NCBI GenBank assembly: GCA_035249905.1
Contig: DATFFT010000003.1
Location: 2,756-66,755 of the forward strand
DNA length: 64,000 nt
Reading direction: 5' to 3'
Source: Actinomycetota bacterium
GTDB taxonomy: Bacteria > Actinomycetota > UBA4738 > HRBIN12
The translations under genes and the position numbers were made by a program. The notes under the pieces were generated by a model. The model was not told where the DNA came from, searched no databases, and saw only the letters and a program-made list of their open reading frames with translations. Positions 45,096-53,877 of this stretch are shown piece after piece. How positions within the stretch are numbered: position 1 is the first letter of the stretch; the number at the start of each line of letters is the position of its first letter.

Positions 45096-47048
45096 GTGAG
45101 CGACGCCAACGTCGTGCCGTTGTCCCCTGCAGCGCACCCGCCCGAGGGTGGGTCGGTCGCGCCGTTGCAGAGTCACCAGAGCCCGTTCCCTCCGATCGCC
45201 GAGTACGGGTTCTTGAGCGATCGCGAGGCGACCGCGCTCGTCGGGCCAAGCGGCAGCGTCGAGTGGCTCTGCGCACCGCGACCCGACAGCGCCAGCGTCT
45301 TCGGAGCGATGCTCGACCGGTCGGCGGGAGCCTTCCGTCTCGGCCCGGCCGAGCTGCTCGTTCCCGCCGGACGCCGCTACATGCCCGGAACGAACGTGCT
45401 CGAGACCACATGGCAGACCCGGACCGGGTGGCTGATCGTGCGCGACGCGCTCGTGATGGGTCCCTGGCGCGACGATGAACGTCCCGAGGGCTATCGACGT
45501 CCGCCCGGCGACTACCGCGCCGAACACATGTTGTTGCGGGTCGTTCGCTGCGCCCAGGGGCAGGTCGATCTCGTGCTGAACTGCGAGCCGGCGTTCGACT
45601 ACGGGCGTACCGACGCCCGATGGGAATACACCGGGCCCGGGTGGACCGAGGCGATGGCTCGAGGCGGCGACGCCGATCCCCACCTTCGACTCACGACCGA
45701 CATGCGGCTGGGCCTGGAAGGTCGAGCCGCGGTCGCTTTCACGCGGCTCAACGACGGCGAGTCCGCCTTCGCCGCGCTGAGCTGGAGCGGCGACGAGCGC
45801 GGGGTGCCCGTCGATGCGAACGAAGCCTGGCAGCAGGTCTACGAGACCGCCGATTTCTGGCGAGCCTGGCTCAACATGGGCGAGTTCCCCGACCACCCCT
45901 GGCGCTCGCACCTGCAACGCGCCGCGCTCACCTTGAAGGGCCTCACCTACGCCCCCACCGGCGCGTTGATCGCCGCCCCCACGACCTCGCTGCCCGAGAC
46001 CCCCGGCGGCGAGCGGAACTGGGACTACCGGTACAGCTGGGTCCGAGACGCGACGTTCGCCCTGTGGGGTCTGTACACGCTGGGCTTCGACTTCGAGGCC
46101 AACAGCTTCTTCTACTTCATCGAGGACCAGTTCAAGGACGGCACCCCGTTGCAGGTGATGTACGGCGTCGGTGGGGAGAAGGACCTGACCGAGCACACGC
46201 TCGACCACCTCACCGGATACGAGCAGGCGCGTCCGGTGCGCGTGGGAAACTCCGCACACGACCAGCACCAGCACGATGTCTGGGGCGCTCTTCTCGACAG
46301 CGTGTACCTGCATATGCGCTCGGGAGAGTTCCTCACCGGCCGGTCGTGGGCGGGCCTCGAGCGACAGGTCGAGGAAGCCGTGGAGCACTGGCGGGGGCCC
46401 GACCACGGCATCTGGGAGATGCGTGGCGCGCCGCAGCACTTCGTGTCCTCGAAGATCATGTGCTGGGTGGCCTGCGACCGAGGCGCCCGCCTCGCCGAGG
46501 TGCTCGACAAGCCGGAGCTCGCGGCTCGGTGGGCCGCGGAGGCCGAGCTGATCAGGGCCGACATCCTGGAGAACGGGGTGGACGAGCGCGGCGTCCTCAC
46601 GCAGATCTACGGCTCCCCAGCACTCGATGCGTCGCTGCTGCTCGCCCCCCTGATGCGGTTCCTGCCCGCCGACGACCCGCGCATCCGCGCGACGGTCCTC
46701 GCGATCGCCGACGAGCTCACCCTCGACGGCCTGGTGCTTCGCTACAAGGTGGACGAGATCGACGACGGCCTCGACGGCGAGGAGGCGACGTTCGCGATCT
46801 GCTCGTTCTGGCTGGTCTCCGCGCTGGTGGAGATCGGCGAGCTCGAGCGCGCCCGCGATCTGTGCGAGCGGATGCTGTCCTTCGCGAGCCCGCTCGGCCT
46901 CTACGCCGAGGAGATCGACCCACGCACCGGCCGGCATTGGGGCAATTTCCCGCAGGCGTTCACCCATCTGGCACAGATCAACGCTCTGATGCACGTGGTG
47001 CGCGCCGACACGGTCGCGCCCGCAGGCGCACCGCCCCCACTTCGCTGA
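45096..47048 (+). CDS. glycoside hydrolase family 15 (actinobacterial trehalase/glucoamylase-like)
   Basis: Motifs IAEYGFLSD and AAPTTSLPETPGGERNWDYRYSWVRDATF. 650 aa. Confidence 0.85.
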   Translation: MSDANVVPLSPAAHPPEGGSVAPLQSHQSPFPPIAEYGFLSDREATALVGPSGSVEWLCAPRPDSASVFGAMLDRSAGAFRLGPAELLVPAGRRYMPGTNVLETTWQTRTGWLIVRDALVMGPWRDDERPEGYRRPPGDYRAEHMLLRVVRCAQGQVDLVLNCEPAFDYGRTDARWEYTGPGWTEAMARGGDADPHLRLTTDMRLGLEGRAAVAFTRLNDGESAFAALSWSGDERGVPVDANEAWQQVYETADFWRAWLNMGEFPDHPWRSHLQRAALTLKGLTYAPTGALIAAPTTSLPETPGGERNWDYRYSWVRDATFALWGLYTLGFDFEANSFFYFIEDQFKDGTPLQVMYGVGGEKDLTEHTLDHLTGYEQARPVRVGNSAHDQHQHDVWGALLDSVYLHMRSGEFLTGRSWAGLERQVEEAVEHWRGPDHGIWEMRGAPQHFVSSKIMCWVACDRGARLAEVLDKPELAARWAAEAELIRADILENGVDERGVLTQIYGSPALDASLLLAPLMRFLPADDPRIRATVLAIADELTLDGLVLRYKVDEIDDGLDGEEATFAICSFWLVSALVEIGELERARDLCERMLSFASPLGLYAEEIDPRTGRHWGNFPQAFTHLAQINALMHVVRADTVAPAGAPPPLR

Positions 47049-47079
47049 TCGCGGTCCCCGCCGCGAGGAACGACCGCGT

Positions 47080-50046
47080 CTAGTTGCCGCCCTGAGCCGG
47101 CGCCGGTGCCGGCTCGGGCACCTCAGCGGGAGCGCCTCCCTCGTCGGGCTCGATCCCGCCCTCGACGTCGATACGCGGCAGCACGCGGTCGAGGAACGCC
47201 GGCAGCCGGAAGACCGCTCGGCCGAAGAGGGCGAGCAAGGCCGGGGCGAGGAGCACGACCATCAGGCCCGCGAGCAGCACGGCGACCGACAGTCCCACGC
47301 CGAACTGCTTGATCGTGGGATCGCCGTTGAGGACGAAGCTCGCGAAGACCGTGACCATGATCAGCGCCGCCGCCGTCACGACGTGGCCGGCCGCGCCGAG
47401 CCCCGAGGTCACGGCCGCCCGCTCGTCCTCGCCCTCGGAATGATGCTGAGCGATGCGGCTCACCATGAACACCTCGTAGTCCATCGAGAGCCCGAACAGC
47501 ACCGCGAACATCATCAGCGGAACGTAGCTCGCGATCGGCACAGTTCCCCGGGGCACGTCGAGCCCGATCAGGGAGAGCCCCCATCCCCACTGGAACACCG
47601 CGGTCAGCACCCCCAGGGCCGCACCGACCGAGAGCAGGTTGGTCACGGCGGCCTGCACCGGCACCAGCAGCGAGTGGAAGGCGATCATCAGCAACACGAA
47701 GCTGAGCAACAGCACGGTGATCACGACGATGGCGATGCGCGACGCGATCTTACGGGCGAGATCGACGTTGGTCGCGGTGGTCCCTCCGACGTGCGCCGTC
47801 ACCCCGTCGTCGCCGGTGAGCGGCGGGAGCGTCTCTTCACGCAAGGTCGAGACCAGCCTCGCCGTGGCGTCCGACGACGGTGCCCGCAGGGGGACGGCGC
47901 TCAGGATGGTCGCGTCGCCGTCGTCGTTGATCAGCGGCGGCGAGACGGCGACCACCTCGTGCACATCGCCCACGCCGTCCTGGATGGCGACGATCCGTGG
48001 GTCGGTGCCTCGCGGATCGCCGCCGGCCTGCGTCAGCAGCGCGGTGAGCTCCCGCTGCAGCTGCTTCGCCTGTCGCTCCTGCGCCTTCGCGGCGTCGGCC
48101 TCCGCCTGCAGCTCGCCCGCCTCGGCCCGGAGCTCGTCGCCCTGCTCGCGAAGGCCGGCCGCCTGAGCCTGCAGGCGAGCCCCCTGTCGCTCCAGGGCGT
48201 CGCGCTCACGTCCGAGCTGCACCGCCTGCGCCGCCAACGTCTCCGCCTGACGGCCGAGCTCGATGCCCCGCTGGATCAGTCGCCGTTCACGCTCCACGAG
48301 TGGTGCGAGCCGGGCACGCACGTCCGCCTCGCGCTCCCGCAGCCGGACGAGCCGAGCCCGCAGGCGGGCGAGCCGATCGGGATCGGTCGTCTGATCGATC
48401 AGCTGCTCGACACGTCGTTCGCGAGCCTCGATCAACGCCAGCCGGGCGGCCAGTGGGGCGATCATGCGCCCGGTCTCGCGGATCCGCTGCTCGAGCGCGA
48501 GGGCACGTCGACGCAGGCCGTCCCGACGGGCCTCCAGCGTCGCCGCCTCCCGCTCGAGCGCGGCTTCCTGACGCTGCAGCGCGGCTCCTTCCCGCTCGAG
48601 CTCGGCCTGGCGCGCCTCGAGAGCGGCCTGCTGTCGCTCGAGCTTGGCCTGCTGCTTCTGCAGCCGCTTCTGCTCCTTCTCGAGCTCCCGCTGCAGCGCG
48701 GTGGCTCGGTCGTACTTCTTCGTGTACTCGGCGCTCGGGTGCGCGACGGGATCGAGGCTCATCGCGAGCAACAGCGGCCCGTTGTACCCGACCCCGAACC
48801 CCTCGGTCAGCATGTCGTAAGCCTGTCGCTGGGTCGTCGACGTCGGGGTCACGCCGACGTCGGGCTGCCCGAGCTCGAGGTCGAACAGCGGAACGATCAG
48901 CGGAAGCAGGATCACGAGCGCGATCGCGAGGGCGATCCACGGATGCCCGACGACCCAACGCGCCCACGCGTCCCAGCGCCGGGCTCCCGCGGGACGCGGC
49001 TTCATGCGAAGGAACCCGGGCAGGCGCAGACGCTGAACGCCGTGGCCGACCAGCGACAGGATCGCCGGGAGCAGCGTGATCGACGTGCAGACAGCGGTGA
49101 ACACGGCGATCGCCGAGGCGAACCCCAGCATCGTCACGAGCGGGATCCCGGCGACCGCGAGCGAGGCGAGAGCGATCACGACGGTGCCGCCGGCGAACAC
49201 GACGGCGCTTCCGGACGAGGCCACGGACCGGGCGATCGACTCCCGCACGTCGACGCCCTCCGAGAGCTGCTCCAGGTGCTTGGTCATCAGGAACAACGCA
49301 TAGTCGATGCCGACGCCGAGGCCGATCATCGTGGCCAGCGTCGGCGCGACGCTGGGCACCGAGAAGGCGTGGCCCAGGAGCCCGATCACCGAGACCGAGA
49401 TCGCCAGGCCGAAGGCCGCGCTCAAGATCGGGAGCCCCATCGCGATCAGGCTTCCGAACACGATCGCGAGGATCACCATCGCCGAGATGTTCCCGACACG
49501 CTCGCTGGTCTGGGTGTCGGGGGTCGAAAGGACGCTGCCGATCGGACCACCGACGGCGACGTCGATCCCCGCCTCGCGCGCCGGCTCGGTCGCCGCCAGC
49601 ACGTCATCGGCGAGCTCGGTCGTGATGAAGCCCGTGCCGACGTTGAGCACGACCGGCATCTGGCCGGTCCGCCCGTCCTCGGAGATGATGCCGGCGACCT
49701 CTGCGTCCTTCCCGACGGGATTGAGCACGCTGTTGACCTCCGGCGACGCCTTGATCGCGCGATACGTCGCGTCGATCGCCGGTTCGTACCGATCGTCGGT
49801 GAGCTTGCCCCGGTCGACCTGGAAGACGAAGGGGCTGGAGCCGTTCTGCTGCGGCGGGAACTCCCGAGCGAGCAGATCGAAGGCGGCCTGGCTGTCCGTG
49901 CCGGGCAGCGTCAGGGAGTTGTTCGTCTTCGCCCCGAGCACCCTGACGGATACGAGGGCGGCGACCACCAGGACGAGCCAGACGCCGAGCGCGAGGAGGC
50001 GATGGTGCGCGGCGAATCGTCCGATCCGATAGAGCAGGCGGGCCAT
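47080..50046 (-). CDS. MMPL family (RND superfamily) transporter with a large coiled-coil insert in the second extracytoplasmic domain
   Basis: ORF 47080..50091, ATG at 50046 (MARLLYRIGRFAAHHR). Two 6-TM bundles with GxxIDYALF / GLSMDYEVF motifs. A roughly 240-aa heptad-like region is encoded at 48019..48735. Confidence 0.85.
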   Translation of the reverse strand: MARLLYRIGRFAAHHRLLALGVWLVLVVAALVSVRVLGAKTNNSLTLPGTDSQAAFDLLAREFPPQQNGSSPFVFQVDRGKLTDDRYEPAIDATYRAIKASPEVNSVLNPVGKDAEVAGIISEDGRTGQMPVVLNVGTGFITTELADDVLAATEPAREAGIDVAVGGPIGSVLSTPDTQTSERVGNISAMVILAIVFGSLIAMGLPILSAAFGLAISVSVIGLLGHAFSVPSVAPTLATMIGLGVGIDYALFLMTKHLEQLSEGVDVRESIARSVASSGSAVVFAGGTVVIALASLAVAGIPLVTMLGFASAIAVFTAVCTSITLLPAILSLVGHGVQRLRLPGFLRMKPRPAGARRWDAWARWVVGHPWIALAIALVILLPLIVPLFDLELGQPDVGVTPTSTTQRQAYDMLTEGFGVGYNGPLLLAMSLDPVAHPSAEYTKKYDRATALQRELEKEQKRLQKQQAKLERQQAALEARQAELEREGAALQRQEAALEREAATLEARRDGLRRRALALEQRIRETGRMIAPLAARLALIEARERRVEQLIDQTTDPDRLARLRARLVRLREREADVRARLAPLVERERRLIQRGIELGRQAETLAAQAVQLGRERDALERQGARLQAQAAGLREQGDELRAEAGELQAEADAAKAQERQAKQLQRELTALLTQAGGDPRGTDPRIVAIQDGVGDVHEVVAVSPPLINDDGDATILSAVPLRAPSSDATARLVSTLREETLPPLTGDDGVTAHVGGTTATNVDLARKIASRIAIVVITVLLLSFVLLMIAFHSLLVPVQAAVTNLLSVGAALGVLTAVFQWGWGLSLIGLDVPRGTVPIASYVPLMMFAVLFGLSMDYEVFMVSRIAQHHSEGEDERAAVTSGLGAAGHVVTAAALIMVTVFASFVLNGDPTIKQFGVGLSVAVLLAGLMVVLLAPALLALFGRAVFRLPAFLDRVLPRIDVEGGIEPDEGGAPAEVPEPAPAPAQGGN

Positions 50047-50145
50047 CGCCCCCCTTTCATCCCGCCGTGGCCCACGGGCGGAGTGCGACAACCCTAGGAG
50101 CCCCGATCTCGCCGGGTCAACCTGGATGCTGGGGTCGATCCCCCC

Positions 50146-50490
50146 TCAGGCGGCCACGCTGCACCGCACGCACAGGACCGACGACGGCCGCGCCTCCAGA
50201 CGCTCCGGAGCGATCGTCGCGCCGCATCGGTCGCAGATGCCATAGCTGCCCTCGTCGAGCTTCTCCAAGGCGCGCTTCACGTCGGCGAGCTTCATGGCCA
50301 GCGCGTCGGCCTGGCCGACGCGCTCGATGCGTGCGATGGCGTCGCTCGTTCCTTCCCCGACACGCTTGCCGAACCCGATCGTGGCGGTGGGGTCGCGGGT
50401 GACCTGGGTCAGCTGTCGGAGCTCGCGCTCCAGGGACGCCCGCTCGTCCTCCAACCGGACGCGGACCACATCGAGATCGGCCGCGGTCAC
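50146..50490 (-). CDS. TraR/DksA family C4-type zinc-finger protein
   Basis: GTG at 50490 in a GTGA overlap. A coiled N-terminal part is followed by YGICDRCGATIAPERLEARPSSVLCVRC. Confidence 0.75.
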   Translation of the reverse strand: MTAADLDVVRVRLEDERASLERELRQLTQVTRDPTATIGFGKRVGEGTSDAIARIERVGQADALAMKLADVKRALEKLDEGSYGICDRCGATIAPERLEARPSSVLCVRCSVAA

Positions 50491-50759
50491 GGACCGGCTC
50501 CGCCCGAGTCCGGGATCACGACCAGGCGGTCGTGCGGATCGGCGACGTCGACGGTTCCGACCAGGCCGGGGGCCACGAACAACGTGAACCCGCCCTCGTG
50601 CTCGACGATCTCGTCGCCGCGCTCGGGCCCGTCGACGAGATCGAACCGAACGCCGTCGACGCCAGGGCTCAGCCGGATGCGAGCCTGGGGGTTGAATCGG
50701 CGCGCGGCGGCCTCGGCGGTGCGCAACAGAGCCACGGCTCGCTCGCTGCAACGGATCAT
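50487..50759 (-). CDS. HesB/IscA-fold-like small protein without the cluster-ligating cysteines
   Basis: MIRCSERAVALLRTAEAAARRFNPQARIRLSPG...GFTLFVAPG resembles the HesB-like beta fold, but the C-terminal CxC motif is absent. Confidence 0.5.
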   Translation of the reverse strand: MIRCSERAVALLRTAEAAARRFNPQARIRLSPGVDGVRFDLVDGPERGDEIVEHEGGFTLFVAPGLVGTVDVADPHDRLVVIPDSGGAGP

Positions 50760-50902
50760 GCTCCGATGCTACCGAGAGAGCCGTGAGACCTCGTCGGCGG
50801 TTCCCCCACGGATCCTGCCGACGAGAGACGCGCATGGAAGGCTCGTCGCCCGGGACGTAACCGGTCAAGTCGAGTTCGACGGTTTCGCTGTATCCTCACC
50901 AC

Positions 50903-51577
50903 ATGGCAACGGCCCCGGACCTCGCCCCGGCGCGCATCCCCTCCGGCCACGAGGACAGCGTGGGGAGTCAGGCACCCGGCCCTCTCGAGTCGGTACGGAG
51001 CTTCTTGTCGCTCCACGACCACGAGGTGGGGAACGACGAGAGCTTCCCGCCGGCTCCGGCGACGGTCGAGGGCTGGTTGCGGTCCCGCGGGCTGATCGGC
51101 CCCGAAGAACCGATCGGCGAGCCGGATCTCGAGTGGGCGTTGAACGTGCAGAACGCGCTCCGCGCCATGGTCCACGCGACCGCGGTCGGGACGACCGACC
51201 GAGCGGCCGCCGGGCTGCTCGACGAGGCGGCCGCCGAGGCCGGGTTGCGACCGCGGTTCGGGGAGGCGCCCTCGGTGCGGCCGCAGGCCCACGGGGTGCG
51301 CGGTGCGGTCGGGTCGCTGCTCGCCGTGTCGTTCCTCGCGGAGCTCGACGGTTCGTTCCGGCGTCTGCGGGAATGTAGCGCACCCGATTGCACGACGGTC
51401 TTCTTCGATCGGTCGAGGAACCGCACCGCGAAGTGGTGCTCGATGGCGGCCTGCGGGAACCGCAGCAAGGTTCGGCGGTTCCGGGAGCGGGAACGGGAGC
51501 GTTCCCGCTCCCGAGCAGCGGTCGGGCCCGGCGAGACGACCGTGCACGGGGCTCCTTCCGGCGAGGCTCGCTCGTGA
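50903..51577 (+). CDS. CGNR zinc-finger (ABATE domain) protein
   Basis: The C-terminus CSAPDCTTVFFDRSRNRTAKWCSMAACGNRSKVRRFRER contains the CGNR signature. Confidence 0.8.
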   Translation: MATAPDLAPARIPSGHEDSVGSQAPGPLESVRSFLSLHDHEVGNDESFPPAPATVEGWLRSRGLIGPEEPIGEPDLEWALNVQNALRAMVHATAVGTTDRAAAGLLDEAAAEAGLRPRFGEAPSVRPQAHGVRGAVGSLLAVSFLAELDGSFRRLRECSAPDCTTVFFDRSRNRTAKWCSMAACGNRSKVRRFRERERERSRSRAAVGPGETTVHGAPSGEARS

Positions 51578-52497
51578 CGACCTCGCTCTCGCTCTCCCTC
51601 ACGGGGCCGGGCGGCGAACCCGTCGACCTCGCCCGAACCCTGAACTCACATGGGTTCGCCGAGCTCGCCCCCTCTGCGCTCGACGAAGAGGCGACCGAGT
51701 TGAGCGTGACGGTGGGGGTCCCGAGGGGCCGGCCCCGCCGGATCCGGATCGGACCGGGAAGGCAGGGCACGGCCCGGGTCCACGTACTCGGCCCCCCGGC
51801 CGGACCCGGGGTACGAGCGGCGGCGCTCACCGGCGCCGCGCACGTGCTCCGGCTCGACCAGGACCTGACATGGTTCTACGGGCAGATCGCGACGGACCCC
51901 GACCTCGCATGGGCCTCTGCCGGCGCCGGACGGATGCTGCGCTCCCCCACCGTGTTCGAGGACGTCGTGAAGACGATCTGCACGACGAACTGCGCGTGGA
52001 GCGCGACCGTCCGGATGGTGGACGCCCTCGTGGGTTCGCTCGGCGAGCCCGCGATCGGCGGCGACGGACCGCTCACCCATGCGTTCCCGACGCCGAGAGC
52101 GATGGCCTCGGCGCCCGAGTCGTTCTACCGGGACGTCGTGCGCGCCGGCTATCGCGGCGCATACCTGATCGAGCTGGCTCGCAGGATCGATGCTGGAGAC
52201 GTCGATCTCGAGGCGATGGGGTCGACGAGCTCGAACGAGCTGCCGGACGACGAGCTCGAGCAGGCTCTGCTCGATCTGCCCGGCGTCGGCCCGTACGCAG
52301 CCGCCCACGTGATGATGACGCTGGGTCGAAACTCACGCCTGATCCTCGACAGCTGGACCCGGCCGAAGTACGCGCGACTGATCGGGCGCGCGCGATCGGT
52401 CGCCGACGCCACGATCGAGCGCCGGTTCCGGCGGTACGGCGACCATGCCGGCCTGGCGTTCTGGTTGTTCCTCACCCGGGATTGGGTCGCGGACTGA
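51574..52497 (+). CDS. HhH-GPD DNA glycosylase (AlkA-like 3-methyladenine glycosylase II)
   Basis: GTG at 51574 in a GTGA overlap with the CGNR stop. Helix-hairpin-helix LLDLPGVGPYAAAHVMM followed by LILDSW (candidate catalytic Asp). Confidence 0.7.
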   Translation: MTTSLSLSLTGPGGEPVDLARTLNSHGFAELAPSALDEEATELSVTVGVPRGRPRRIRIGPGRQGTARVHVLGPPAGPGVRAAALTGAAHVLRLDQDLTWFYGQIATDPDLAWASAGAGRMLRSPTVFEDVVKTICTTNCAWSATVRMVDALVGSLGEPAIGGDGPLTHAFPTPRAMASAPESFYRDVVRAGYRGAYLIELARRIDAGDVDLEAMGSTSSNELPDDELEQALLDLPGVGPYAAAHVMMTLGRNSRLILDSWTRPKYARLIGRARSVADATIERRFRRYGDHAGLAFWLFLTRDWVAD

Positions 52498-52629
52498 CGT
52501 TCCACCGGCGGATCGCCTTTCGCCGTCACGGATCGCGTGGGACGCATCCTTGTTCACCACTCGGTCGCGGGCGATACTGCGGCGCGGCGGGCCCTCGCCT
52601 CGACCGGAGCCGGAGATCGGACCCCTCAC

Positions 52630-53877
52630 ATGGCCACGCCCAAGAGCACGCGGATGGTCCCACGGCGCGCCCGCCGCGTCTACCGAACCCTGCGCGAAGA
52701 GCGGCGCACCCTGCAGCAGGGCATGGCCGCCCTCGCGGTCAGCACGATCGCCGGATTCGTCGCGGGCGTGACCCTCGGGTCGATCACCGGCACGCTCGAG
52801 GTGATGCCCGGGCTGCTGGTCTTGATCCCGGCCTCCGTTGGCATGCGGGGCACGATCTTCGGCGCGATGGGGGCCAGGCTGGGGACCGGGATCGCCGCCG
52901 GTGTGTTCGAGCCGAGCCTGCGAGGTGGGGGAACGCTCGCTCGGGATGCGGAGGTGGCGGCCCTTTCGTCGATCCTCTCCTCGTTCTACCTGGCGGGGCT
53001 GGCCAAGCTGGTCGCATCGGCCTTCGGCGAGCAGACGATCTCGTTCTGGGACCTCGTGACGATCTCGGTCGCAGGCGGTGCCCTCGCCTCGGTCGTCGTG
53101 CTCGTGGTCACCGTGGTGCTCGCGGTGCAGTCGTTCCGCCGTGGGTGGGACCTCGACGCGGTATCGACGCCCATGGTGACCGCGATCGGCGACATGGTCA
53201 CGTTGCCGGCGCTGTTCCTGGCGACGTTCATCGCCCGCGACGACACGCTGAACGCGTTCACGGCGACGCTTTGCACGATCGCCGCGTTCGGCGCTCTGGC
53301 CTGGGTGCTCCTTCGGAGCTCGTCCCCCGTCAGACGCACGATGCTCGAGATGGCCGGAGTGATCGTGCTGACCCCCGTTCTCGACGTGTTCGCCGGCGCC
53401 GTGCTCGAGGCACATCGCACCGAGCTCGACGCGATCCCGGGCATCTTGATCCTGATCCCTCCGTTCGTCTCGCAGGCCGGGGCGCTCGGGGGGATCCTGT
53501 CGTCGAGGCTCTCGTCGAAGCTCCGGCTCGGTGTGATCACCCCGCGTGGACGACCGGAACACCCCGCCCTCGTCGACGCAACGACGGTCGTCACGCTCGG
53601 GGTCGTCGTCTTCACCGCGATCGGCGCGATCTCGGCGTTGTTGGCGTCGGTGACCGGCGTCGCGCGGCCGTCCGCCGGCCTGATGGTGGGCGGCGCGACC
53701 CTGGCGGGCCTCCTCGTGCTTCCGGTCATCTTGGTCGTCGCGTACTACGTGGCGGTGCTGACGACCCGTTTCGGTCTCGATCCGGACAACCAGGGCGTGC
53801 CCACGATCACTTCCTCGCTCGACCTCACGGGCGTCGCCGCCGTCCTGTTCGTCATGTCAATATTGGGGGTCACCTGA
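52630..53877 (+). CDS. MgtE-like divalent cation transporter with two TM-domain repeats and no cytosolic sensor domains
   Basis: ATG at 52630. Repeated blocks PGLLVLIPASVGMRGTIFGAMGARL and IPGILILIPPFVSQAGALGGILSSRL. About 10 TM stretches. Confidence 0.8.
   Translation: MATPKSTRMVPRRARRVYRTLREERRTLQQGMAALAVSTIAGFVAGVTLGSITGTLEVMPGLLVLIPASVGMRGTIFGAMGARLGTGIAAGVFEPSLRGGGTLARDAEVAALSSILSSFYLAGLAKLVASAFGEQTISFWDLVTISVAGGALASVVVLVVTVVLAVQSFRRGWDLDAVSTPMVTAIGDMVTLPALFLATFIARDDTLNAFTATLCTIAAFGALAWVLLRSSSPVRRTMLEMAGVIVLTPVLDVFAGAVLEAHRTELDAIPGILILIPPFVSQAGALGGILSSRLSSKLRLGVITPRGRPEHPALVDATTVVTLGVVVFTAIGAISALLASVTGVARPSAGLMVGGATLAGLLVLPVILVVAYYVAVLTTRFGLDPDNQGVPTITSSLDLTGVAAVLFVMSILGVT

Noticed and set aside
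48019-48735. Repetitive-looking DNA (recurring ctgcag, ctcgag, gcgctc units), considered as a possible tandem repeat or CRISPR-like array
   Set aside because: There are no regularly spaced identical repeats with unique spacers. The periodicity comes from codons for the Leu/Gln/Glu/Arg/Ala heptads of the MMPL coiled-coil, in one continuous reading frame.
50146-50868. The 240-aa ORF treated as a single gene. The same question arose for 59540..60766 (408 aa), 15975..17396 (473 aa) and 60400..62001 (533 aa).
   Set aside because: In each case the N-terminal extension is Arg-rich filler that overlaps the upstream gene. An internal GTG forming a GTGA overlap with the upstream stop, or lying just before the first conserved domain, gives a protein of the expected architecture.
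52498-52629. A possible Mg2+ (M-box) riboswitch upstream of the MgtE-like gene, and likewise upstream of corA (58690..58712)
   Set aside because: The regions are only about 130 nt and 23 nt long, shorter than an M-box. I could not find its conserved blocks.
51303-53876. The first ~860 aa of the 1253-aa ORF 51303..55064
   Set aside because: This part is extremely Arg/Pro/Gly-rich. It runs through the CGNR, glycosylase and MgtE-like genes in another frame. Only the last 395 aa, from the ATG at 53877, look like a real protein. It is a typical high-GC open-frame artefact.
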